A DNA stretch of 64,000 bases from Phaeosaccion multiseriatum (lineage: Eukaryota > Protista > Ochrophyta, other classes): positions 2,604,001 to 2,668,000 of the forward strand of contig OZ218953.1 in NCBI GenBank assembly GCA_965112735.1. Direction: 5' to 3'. The position numbers and the translations under genes were made by a program. The notes beneath the pieces are model-generated. The model was not told the DNA's origin. It was given only the letters and a program-made list of their open reading frames with translations, and did not search any database. Numbering within the stretch: position 1 is the first letter of the stretch; every line of letters starts with the position of its first letter. Below are positions 1 to 21,122 of the stretch, in pieces.

Positions 1-111
1 TCTAATGTCTTCCTCATCGCCACACCCTCCCGCCACCCCTTGTGCCGCCGCCCTCTTCCGGCATGAGAAAGCTCACTCGATACGAGACCGCAAGGCCAAA
101 TCAAGCTTTAT

Positions 112-2456
112 TCAGCTCTTTGCTGTTCCTGCTCCTCCTCCTGATCCTCCTGCTGCTGCTGCTGCTCCTCCTCCTCCTCCTGCTGCTGCTCCTCCTCCTG
201 CTGCTGCTGTTCCTACCGATGCCCCCGCCTTGCTATTTACGGTACCCTGTGGCGCTTTCTTGGCCGCTGCGGCCCGTGACTGCTCCAAGAAGGCCTGAAT
301 GCCCATGGCCATAGATGAAGGTCTCCGCTTATTACCCACCGTACCCACACCACTCCCACTGCTCCTCCCACTGGCGTTGCCACTACCACCGCCCGCCCCC
401 CTGGCCCCTCCTCGCGCAGCTCTGTCCTCTCCTTTTCCGGGGGTGGTGGTGGCTGCTGATGCTGCTGCCGCATGTGGTGCTTCGCTCTGTGGTATTGCGG
501 TGCCCATGCGGGACACATGAAGAGACTCCTCGTACTTGAGACGAGCCTTGCGTTGTACTCTACGGGGGGGGGTGGGGGTGGGAAGGGAGACGAGGGGAGG
601 GGAGGACAGAGGAGAGGATAGAGGAAGAGGAGAGGAGAGGTTGGAAAGCGCTCTCGGAGCTCACACCAAGTCGATCACGGATCACGCACCTCCTCACCCG
701 CCCCACTCCCTCCCCCTCCCTTACGACGATAACGATGCTTCTTTCCTGAAGTGACCCTCCGCCCCCCCCCCCCCCCCCCCCCTCCCCTCACTTGCTCCTT
801 CTCTCCCTGGATCCGCTACAGCAACCCCACAATTCCTCCCATTCGCTGTCCTCTCTTCCCAGCACAAGAAAGATTGACTCACCTTGCCAATATCTCGAGC
901 TCGTCAGTGGGCATGTAGTCATCATCATCATCATCATCATCATGACTGTCATCAAGCGTCCTTCGGTGGTGCTTGGTGTCTCTGTCCTTTCCCTCCTCCA
1001 CCTTGAGGCTCGCAAAGTGGTCCTCCGCGCGCTTCTCTTGCTCCAACTGACACATTTGCACCACCTGCATACACAAGAGCGGAGGGAGTGGGGGTGGACG
1101 GAGGCGAGTTGAGGGAAAGGGAAAAGGAGGGGGAGGGCAGAGGAGGGGGAGGGGAGAGAAACGGAACGGCGGTAGCAGGCAGAGAAGAGAAGAGAAGAGA
1201 AGAGAAGAGAAGAGAAGAGAAGAGAAGAGAAGAGAAGAGAAGAGAAGAGAAGAGAAGAGAACTGTCTTGCCTTACAGCAAGGCCTTCTCTTGTCACACCT
1301 GCTGCAGCAGCTCCTGTAGCCTATCCACCAACTGCGGCTCCATGGAGGCGAAGAGAAAGTCGAAGCGCTCCCCCGCGTGGTCGACAATAGATATCGAGTC
1401 CACCAGTCTCGAGCTCTCCTTTGATACTCGCGCCACACACGCCAGGGGAAGAACTCTGAGGAGGAGCAGGAGGAGCAGGAGCAGGAGGAGGGAGCAGGAG
1501 GAGGAGGAGGAGGAGGAGGAGGAGGAGGAGGGAGAAGGAGGAGGAGGAGGAGGAGGAGGAGGAGGAGGAGGAGGAGGAGGAGGAGGGAGGAGGATGCGGA
1601 AGAGAAGGTGGGGTGAGACGAGTGAGTGAGTAGTAAGTGAGCAGGAGAGGGCATTCAAGTGTGCGTACGTGATTAGAGTCATCTGTTCCTCACGTAGCTC
1701 ACATACTAACTAGTATGACAAACTCACTTAACTCGTTCCACTTCTTCAAACCCCTCCTATAACTCTCGTTACTCACATACAAACTCGCTTCACCTCATGT
1801 GCCTGACTCACTTAACTCGATTCACTTGTTCAGCATTGCATTTCGCTGCGTCCGCAAGGGCCCAAGGCCACTTTGCGTGGCTTGGAATGCTAGCTCTCTC
1901 CCTTCTCTCCATTCTGTCACTACTTGGTTGTAATGCTCGCTCGTTCTCTCTCACTCCATCCTTCTCTCCCCTTTTCTTTCCTTTTCCCTCTCTCACTGTC
2001 TCCCTCCCTCTCTCTCTCCCTTTCTTTCTTTTCCCCTCTCACTCCCTCCCTCTCTCCCCGTTTCTTTCATTTTCCCTCTGTCACTCCCTCACTCTCTCCC
2101 CCTTTCCTCTTTTCCCGTCTCTCTCTACTTCGCTTGCCATACTCTCCCTCCCTCCTCCCCCCCCACCTTCTCCTCTATCTCTCTCCATCCCTCTCTCCCT
2201 CCCTCGCTCGCTCCCCTCCTCTCCCTCCATCCCTCCCTCCCTCCTTCTCTCCCTACCTCTGAGTGGTAAAGCCTAGTATGCTGCTGTGGAAGGCTAGGTG
2301 GTGGTAGGTGAGGTAGAGCTTGCCTGGACGCTTGTTAAAAGCCGCACCACACTCGTGCAGCAAGACGTCCCCACACATGGGCCGAAAGCGCTGCCCAAAC
2401 TCCCTATTAGGAAAGGATAGTTGGAGAGAGAGAGAGAGACAGAGAGAGAGAGACAC

Positions 2457-2505
<49 letters not shown>

Positions 2506-5500
2506 CAGAGAGAGAGAAAGAGAGACAGAGAGAGAGAGAGACAGAGAGAGAGACAGAGAGAGAGACTTGTTGCTTAGTTGAATGGATGGATGGATGGATG
2601 GATGGTTGGTTGGTTGGTTGGTTGGTTGTCTGGTTGGGGGGTGGGTTGGGTAGCTGGTTGGTTAGTGGTTCTGTTGGCAGATAGAAGTATTAGCAGGGCA
2701 CAGGGTAGGCAGAAGCACCAGGGAAGCAGGCAGGGGCGGCAACACACACAACGTACACTCGTACACACACACACCCGCACACAGACACACACACTCACAC
2801 ATCACACACACATACAAACACATACACACACAAACACACGTCCTCTACCCACCTGTTGGCGGGGCTAACATTTGCTGCGCCGCTGTCCCGCAAGGTGGTG
2901 ATGAGGGACGCGCGAAACATGTCCACTGAGCGCAGCCGTTCTCGGACCTGACGGGTCCAGGCAGGAGCAATGGCAGACAGGGGCAGGCAATGCGACAAAC
3001 GCCACCACAACGCCAAAACGTAAGCACGCGCTCGAGTAGTGCAAACATGCATCGATCACACCCATCAGTCTCCCCTCCTTGCCACTCACCTGCTTGTCCT
3101 TCCTCGTCATCCTTGCCCTTGCTTCCTCGGCGCACCATGCCAACAGCTCCCGCCACACGGCCTTGATCAGCACCGTAACCGTCAAACCCCGACGTCTCGC
3201 AACACCCGTCCCTCCTGCTCCATCCCCCGTCCCTGTCCCTGTCCCTGTGCCTGCCTCAGTGGGGCCGAAGAGAGCCTCCTCCTCCGCCACTCGTGTGATG
3301 AGCTTCTCCACATCGGTTCTTGAGCATGCGGAGGGACTTGCCCTAAGGGGGGTAGGGGAGAGTGGAGAGGACAGGGAGGGGTGGGGAGGGGAGGGGGTCA
3401 GTTTCTGCATTCATATCAATCCATTCCACGGCCAGATATCGAATACTTCTGCGGTCAACTCAAGATGGGATTGGGGAAGGAGAACAAGCTGGATGGACGC
3501 ACGCACGCACGCGCATCAATCATGCCAAAATCGTGTGATGTGACTCCCCCACGACAGCCCCCCACTCACTCACGCACTCACTCACTCAGTCACTCACCTG
3601 CTCATTTGCAAGGGGTAGTAAGACAGGGGCTTGGCTCGCTGCGGCTTTGGCGGCTGGACCTTGGCCGCTTGGTAGGCAGGCAGGAGGGTGGCGAAGAGCT
3701 CGGCAGAACGGAGCTCTTCTTGTCCAATGAGACCCTCCAAGGGAAGAGCGTACTTTGTTAGGTGCACCTGCCAAGTCGAGGGGAGCCAATGGGAGGGGGG
3801 TGGGGTGGTGAGGCGCGGTGGGGAGGGGATTCGGAGGCCTTTGGGGCGTTGTTTCTGGAGGCATATGGTGACCTAAGGAGGCACTCGGAGGCAGTTGAAG
3901 GCCTCCTTCCAAACCTACTCTCCACACTCACATTGTTCTCGTGCACATACATCTCCAGGAGGTCGAGCACGTATTGGGGGTCCAGGGTGGGTAGCCCATG
4001 CCTCGGTGCTGTATCTCCTCCTTCTTCGACCTCCGATCCTTCTCGTCCTCCTCCTCCTCCTCCTCCTCCTGCTCCTCCTCCTCCTCCTCCTGCTGCTGCT
4101 GCTGCTGTTGCTGTTTCTTGCCCCTCCTCCTCCGGCCCCTCCTCCAGCTGAGACATCATCATCCTCGCTGCTTGAAGCGCCTTCTGCAGGCAGAGATACA
4201 CGTCATCACTCGCCTCACTTCCCTTGGTGCTGTGACGCAACGTACCCACCGGCCCAGCAGCCTATCGCATTCACGGGGAGAGAGACCGAGACAGAGACGG
4301 AGACAAGGAAAAGAGAGGATAGAGAGGGGAGGGGAGACACATTGATGCGATCGTTCTTGTCTCAGGGAGAGAGAGAGAGGGAGAGAGAGGCAACAAGCTG
4401 AACCGAACGGAACCGAATTAACGTGCTCTTCAACTTACGAGGTTGAAGGGGCGGACCTCGGGAAGGAAGGAGAGAAGCATCACACGCAGCTTCGATGCGG
4501 TCACGCCTGGAGGGACAGACAGAGAGGCAGGCACGTAGGCAGGCAGGCAGGCAGGCAGGCAAGCAGGCAGGCAGGCAGGTAGGCAGGCAGACAGACAGGC
4601 ACGCAGGCAGGCACGCAGGTAGGCAGGCAGGCAGACAGACAGGCAGGGAGGGAGAGAGAGGGAGGTGGTGGAGAGAGAGGGTCAGCACCGAGAGGAAGCC
4701 TCTGATCGCATACAGAAAAAGTATCGACGGATCGAAAGCCCCTGCTCTCATTCTCTCATGGTGGAGCTTTGACCAACGTGAGAGCAGGAGGGTGTGGGGT
4801 GGGTACAAAAGAGCTTTGACAAAACAACACATGAGAGTGCAGAAACGAAGAACACAGTGTGGCAAGACAACCACAAGCAAGACGCAAGCCGCAAGCAAGG
4901 GAGGCAACAAGCAAACACGGTCCTCCCCCCTCAAGCGAAAAAGGGAGAGCAACAGCCCTCCTTCCTCCCCTCTTCTCTCTCTACAGCTCCAGTACGGTAC
5001 CACACGGCACAGCAATGACTCACTCACTCACTCACTCACTCACCGATGGTGAGCTGGACCGACTTCCAGTCGCTGTGCTGGGCCCTGGTGCTCCTCTCTG
5101 CGGACACGGTGTCTCCCTCGCACCTCACCCCAGTGAGTCCGCACGCCAGCAGCACGGTCATGCTCACGTCGCTGATGCTCGCCCACGGTACATCCGGCCT
5201 CACGTACAGCTCCATCTGCCGATAGGGAAGGACGGCTGGTGGGGAGGCGGTCACAGCAGTAGCACCGGCACCAGCACCAGCACCACCACCAGTGGCGGTC
5301 GTGTTGGCCTTATCGCGGGGATGCTTCCATAGAGCGCTTCTGCTTCTCCGCGGTATTTCTGCGAAGTCCAGCCAGGAGGGGCTGCCTGCTTCATCTCCTC
5401 CTCCTTCTCCTTCTCCTCGTCCTTCTCCTCCTTCCCCTCCTCCCTCGCTTGCTCCTGCTCCTGCTGCTGCTGAGCATGCTTCCGCTGCCACTGCTACTGG

Positions 5501-6154
5501 AACGCCCACCGCAATATTCGCTGGGCCGTCTCCTTCTGCCTCCCCCTCCTCTTCTCCTTTTCCTGCCGCTACTGCTGCTGCCACCGTTGCTGGCTGCGTG
5601 GGCAAGCCCAATAGACTGACCTCCTCTTTTTGTTCCTTTTTCCCCTCCTCCTCCCCCTCCTTGTCTTTGTCGGCGTCAGCATGGAGAGTGCCGTTGCTAA
5701 TGGTATCGCCAGGAGGTTCTGTTTCTGGTGCTGATACTGGTGGTGCTGGTGCTCCTGCTCCTGCTTCTTCTATAAGCGCAGGTGGGGTGGACTGGCCTTT
5801 TACAGGCAGCACCTCATTGATGATATCGCCAGAGAGAGAGAGAAGCTCTGCTGTTGATGCTGCTTCTGCTTCAGCTGGAGGCAGAGGTGGATTAAGCTGT
5901 AGCAGCAGCTCCTCTCCTCCTGTTTGTGGTAGTCGTGCTGCTTCTGCTTCTGCTTCTCCTCCTCCTTCTATAAGTGCAGGTGGGTGGAACTGGCCTTCCC
6001 CGGGCAGTAGTTCAGTGGTGATATCAACAGAAGGCAGTTCTGTTGCTGGTGCTGCTTCTGCTTCAGCTGGAGACAGAGAGGGGTTGAAATCTCGCAGCAC
6101 CTCCGCTGGTGCTGGCATTACTTCTCCTACATCTCCTCTTCTCTCTTCCTCCAT
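112..6154 (-). CDS. GRAM-domain-containing protein, multi-exon (about 11 exons)
   Basis: ATG at 6154 (MEEERRGDVGE). GT-AG splicing joins exons ~6154-5044, 4506-4438, ~4261-3932, ~3766-3598, ~3318-3090, ~2948-2852, ~2405-2257, 1455-1298, ~1064-882 and further exons to a stop at 112. The spliced stretch FRPMCGDVLLHECGAAFNKRPGKLYLTYHHLAFHSSILGFTTQR|VLPLACVARVSKE matches the GRAM pattern (C..G.LY.T...L.F.S.I.G). The 3' end is less certain. Confidence 0.7.
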
Positions 6155-6540
6155 CTTGTTCTTTGTGAAGGCTCCTCTGTGTCGAAAGCTTCTGGGAAGC
6201 GGCCTTCCAGTGGACGCGCACGAGTGAAAGAAGGAAGGGAAAGGTTTTTTCTTTGCGGACTCGCGGTTTGGCGGCGCGGTTTGGTCGTTGCCGTTGGGTC
6301 TACAGTGGATCACAGGCTGGCGAGCGTTGTTCCAAGACAGAGCTGAAGCGCTGAAGCAGAAAAAAACAAGCGCACGGGGACGCGTGACAGCTGAACTGCC
6401 GCGGGCAGTAGCGAGGGAAGAGGAGTAGTCGCAGCAGAAGAAGGAGAGGCAGCGCAACCACAACTCCTCCCCTTTAGTCTCTCTCTTGAGGGAGGGGGCA
6501 CTTCTTCTGCATTGAAGGGAGGGGAAGAGGAAGGGGTGCG

Positions 6541-16512
<9,972 letters not shown>

Positions 16513-18773
16513 CGGAGTGTACAAGCAGAGGGAAGCAGTGATTGGGAAAAGGAGAGAGAGGGAGGAGAGGGGAAGGGATGGAGGAAGAAGGAGACTCTTC
16601 TCTCTGTATGTTCAGAACACTCGATTTGCGTACTTCAAAGTCGCCCAAATCGCCCATGTGAGTAAGGGGGAGTGCTCCTGTGGAAATGCTGAAAATTAGG
16701 GAAGGAAGGAGCTATGATGTGTCGGTAGGCATCTCAAAGAGCTTCCCCCCCCGATTGGGCGATTCTTACGCAAATCGAGTGTTGAAAAGTCTTGTATCGA
16801 TGTATCTGTCTATGTGAGGGGGGCATGGGGTGAGATCGTAGTCAAAGGAATTCCCCGCAGAAGGGGGGGGGGGGAAATTTTTGGCCGCCGCTAAACCGTA
16901 GAAGGCGAAATAACCGTAGAAAGGCCTCTGAGTGGGCTGAGAGAGGGCCTTAGGTCGTGTACAGTGTGAGCAGAAAAGAAAGCACACCTCCCCGACTCTG
17001 AAAACAAGGGTTCACAACTTCGATTCCATTTGCAGGGGCGGGAACCTTTGTTTTCGCGAGGGTCTCAGGCAGCTACAGGCGTCAATCCAAACAACGCAGT
17101 CTCCGCGCGCGCCTGCGTAGGCTTTGTAGTGGGACGGGCTTTGTCACTTGGTCTCCTGTGCCTCTTCCCTCGCTGCTGACAGTGCCTCCCGTCATATAAA
17201 GCAGTACTGCCTAAGCAAGACCCTCAATGCCCATCACCTCCGGTCACATGATCGGCAGCCCCAGAGTCATGATGCTCTTCTGTGATGCTGACGATTCTCT
17301 GCTCAGGATGTTGAGGGGGTTGCACTAGCGCATGGCCGTGATACCGCCCCACCGACAAGCCGACAAGAGTTTTGCCAAGTCTTCGCCTTTGATTCGGTCG
17401 GTCCCGACATGGTAGCAGCAGCAGCCAGAGGTCCACAGGAGCTGAAGCCAGTCTTAGACGGGGATCAAGGCGAGAAGAGTCTTCTCCAAGCCGCCTCGCG
17501 CTTGGCGTGGTAAGAAGAAGGGTGTTTTTGGCTGTCTCGCGCGCCGCAATGTATCATCGCGTTCTCGATTTACAGGAAGGAGGGGGGCGGCTCTGGGTGG
17601 GCTCCAGGACAAGGCATGTCGGTATGGTAGAGAGACGTCCAAGGGACCAAGATGACGGGGTTGAGGAGTGTGAATGGGCGGGTCAGAGAGCAGAGGGCAC
17701 CTTCTCCGCGGGTCGAAGCAAAAGGGGATTTAGGCGCTTTGCTGTGTGCTCTTTGGACCTAATTTGGACTGATATAAGCATAATAGAGGCCTACACACAC
17801 TCATACTGCAAGAAGGACACTCATGGGGGGTGTACAGGGCCGTCTACGGTTTATTTTTGCCCCGACGGTTTTTTCCGCCCGCCCGCGGCAGACGCTTTCC
17901 CGCTTTTATCGTTGTGGCCTTGTGGTGCAGACACCGACAAGTGCGCCAAAGGACCACTATATGGTCTTCCAAAGTCTCCTGCTGAGCGGCGGCCTTGACG
18001 GGTGGGTGCCTACAACTGTGCTGGTAGAGCTGTCCCCCCCCTCCACCAGAGAGAGGATTTGGCGGGATGTCCCCGGCCGTGTCTCTCTCTCCGCCTCCTC
18101 TTGACGCCCCAAGGCGGCACAATGCTCCACACAAGCTTTTTTCATAGGCGGTGGGTGCACCCTGTACACACCTGCCCGCCTTTGTCGTCTCTCCTTCTCC
18201 CCCGTGCACTACAAGCAACTACAAGGGGCAATAAATCAGAAAATCGTAGATCAGAAAGCGTCCCAAAGCATTACGACATAACAAAAGTGAAACGCGGAGC
18301 AGAAACTGAAATTTATTGGAATATACAATATACGTGACCCCCCCGGGGCGCGTCCAGGTTTTTGGGCGGAGGCGGAGAGAGTGCAGAGCAAACAAAGAAG
18401 AGAGGTGAGAGAAGGAAGAAGGGGACGGGCGTCTATCAGCAGCGAGGATTGTCTTCCTTCGAGATGGGGAGTGCGAAGGCTTTCTGGTTGCTAGACTTGT
18501 TTTGTTCTGAGGTTCACACTCACCGCCTTTCCACTCCCCCCCCCTCCTGCACTCCGCCCCGCTTGCCCTGTTCTACCTTCTTTGCCCCGCCGTGCTTCTA
18601 GAAGGCAGAGCTAGTAGAAGAAAGGTTTACTCCTCTTACAGCAGCAGTAGGAAGCGAGGGAGGGAGCACAAGCGAGAGGGAGAGCAGCAACTTTAAAACT
18701 CAAGACTCAGCGAGCCGGAGCCGACAGAAGAGCGTTCGGCGAAGGGGAGGGAGGGGCGACTACAGCAGCAGTC

Positions 18774-19944
18774 ATGCCGAAGAATAAGGGTACGTTGACT
18801 TATTGCGGGGCGGAGGGCTTTCACCGCGTCTCTCCCTCCATCCCTCCGCTCCACCTCCCCCCCCTCCCTCCCCCTCTCCCACCCTCTTGTCCCTGATACC
18901 TCATCTTAATCCGCTGCTTAGCTCTGAGGCAGTGGGGCAGCGAGGGAGGGGGCCTTGAATTGAGGCTCCTTGGAATGAGTCTCTCGAGAATGATCTGCGG
19001 GAAGGGAAGCGGGCGTCGAAGTCACGTGATGCCCAGGGAGGGGGCTCTCTCGCACGCTGTCTTGGGGAGTCTTTGCCGAAGCCTTTCCTCCAACCTCGGG
19101 GCGGAGTCTCGTCTCAGCACCGCATCACGGGATTCTCGTGCCGAGTATTGTTCCGCTTCGGTTCTTTCTCACCTAGATTGAGCACTCACCGTGTGTTTAC
19201 TCATGTCCGCCGCTGGAAGAGTACCCCCCACTCTCCTTCTTTGACTCACTCCTCACTCCTCGCCCCCCATTTCCCCCCGTGTGCAACTTCCTCCCCCTGT
19301 GTGCAGGTAAGGGAGGTAAAAACAGGCGTCGAGGTAAGAACGACAACGAGGAGACCAAGCGGGAGCTTGAGTTCAAGGAGGACGGACAGGAGTACGCACA
19401 AATCGTTAGAATGCTCGGTAACGGCCGCGCAGAATGCTACTGCTACGACGGGTGAGTGAGTGAGTGAGTGAGTGAGTGCGTGAGTGAGTGAGCAAAGGAC
19501 ACAAAAACCACGTAATGTTGAGTCCACGTGAGCGGGCGCTTGCAAGGAACGCCCCTCCTGTGTCGCGGCTTTTTTATGTGTACCTCCTCCCTCTGTCTCT
19601 CACTCCCATTCTCTTCCCCTTCACTCTCGCCTCTGCCTCTCTCTTTCCTGCTCTCTCTTGCTCTCTCTCTCTTGTTGATCAAACACTTTCGCTGATGGCA
19701 GAGTGACGCGTCTGGGGCACATCCGAGGGAAGATGCGAAAGAAGGTGTGGGTGAGCGCGGGAGACACGGTGCTTGTGGGGCTAAGAGACTACCAGGACGA
19801 CAAGGTAAGCACAGCGTCAGGGCGGGGAGGAAAGGACATTGGCGACTTGTCTGTCTGTCTGTCTGTCTGACTGTCTGTCTTCTCTCTGGGGGACCCAGCT
19901 CTTCTCTGCCACCTACCTACCCACGTCAAGGTGCACTTTTTCGT

Positions 19945-19976
<32 letters not shown>

Positions 19977-20288
19977 GCACCACCCCACCCCCCTTCTTGT
20001 GTGAGAGTGACTGAGTGCTGCCCGTCCCTCTTCTGCGAGAGACCCTGACCCAAAGACCCGCATTCTCTTCTCTCTCTTTCTCTCTTTCTCTCTTTCAACC
20101 TGCCCCTTCCTATTCTTTGGTTGTCTCAGGTGGACATTATTCACAGATACAACGCCGACGAGGCACGAAACCTCAAGCAGTATGGAGAGCTTCCCGAGCA
20201 CGCCAGGATTAACGAGACGGCAGTCGATATGGCCATGGATGACGGAGGAGGAGACGACGACATCGGTATCGACTTCGACGACATTTGA
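18774..20288 (+). CDS. EIF1A: Eukaryotic translation initiation factor 1A
   Basis: Exons 18774-18789, 19307-19451, 19702-19804 and 20130-20288 give [111 protein letters not shown]...DIGIDFDDI*, the canonical eIF1A sequence. It is not captured by the ORF track. Confidence 0.98.
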
Positions 20289-21122
20289 GCAGCAGCCTGC
20301 TCAAAGGGACCACAGCAGCGTCCGTGGATGGATGGATGGATGGATGGACCCCAACCATGGGCTCCCTGCGCTCTGGGGTTTGCAGCTGGGGCTGGAGCTA
20401 GGCTTGGCTTGGACTTGGAGCTCTGGCCGTGCTTCTCGGTGGGGGGGCGGGGGGGGGGGGGGTTGATGACACCATGTACAGGGCAAGGGGCGGGGGGCGG
20501 GCTTCGGGAGGGGAGGGAAGGTGTCTCAGATGGACTTGGACGAACGTACGCCCATAAGACTTGGTCTGAGTAGTAGGGTGTGTGGAGGAGGAACAGCCCT
20601 GTACAGGTGGCGATGGCCCTACGGTGATGACGGTATCGACGACTGCCGAGCGGGGCAGAGGGCGGAGGGCAGAGGGCAGAGGCAATGAGCGCTTGTCGCG
20701 CCGTGCCTCTGTCGACTGAACTGCACTGAAGTGCTTTGTTTGTTTCAGCGGTGGAAAGGAAAGGAAGGCCTTTCTTTCACTCTCGCGCGAGCCAGTGAGC
20801 GGCGAAATGCGGCCTTGTGTCGGTCCACTGAAGAAGGGAGAAGAGTCGCTCGCTGGCAGGAAGGCAAGCAGGCAAGCAGTGCACCGTGCGGTGCGAGAGA
20901 GACGAACTTTACGTGGATGAGGAGGGGATGGCGCAGTGGGCATGGAATGGGGTAAGGATGCGGCAGTAGCAGCGACAGAGGAGGCAGCGCGCAGCCGGTG
21001 GATGGAGTGGTGTGTGTGTTGGGGGGGGGGGCGATAGGAGTCATGTCATCGCATGGCACACCTCGCATTATGGGGAGGGCTTGATAGGTAATAATATTAG
21101 ACTTTGAGTATGTCAGTCACAT

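Noticed and set aside
16890-16925. U5 snRNA-like loop (TTTCGCCTTCTAC on the minus strand)
   Set aside because: It differs from the invariant GCCUUUUAC loop and lacks the closing stem and a convincing Sm site.
20463-20605. C/D snoRNA (TGATGA...CTGA), or a Tc1-like MITE (TGTACAGGGC/GCCCTGTACA), downstream of eIF1A
   Set aside because: No recognisable rRNA guide or terminal stem, and a 10-bp inverted match alone is too weak. A similar weak pair at ~17830/18160 was also not called.
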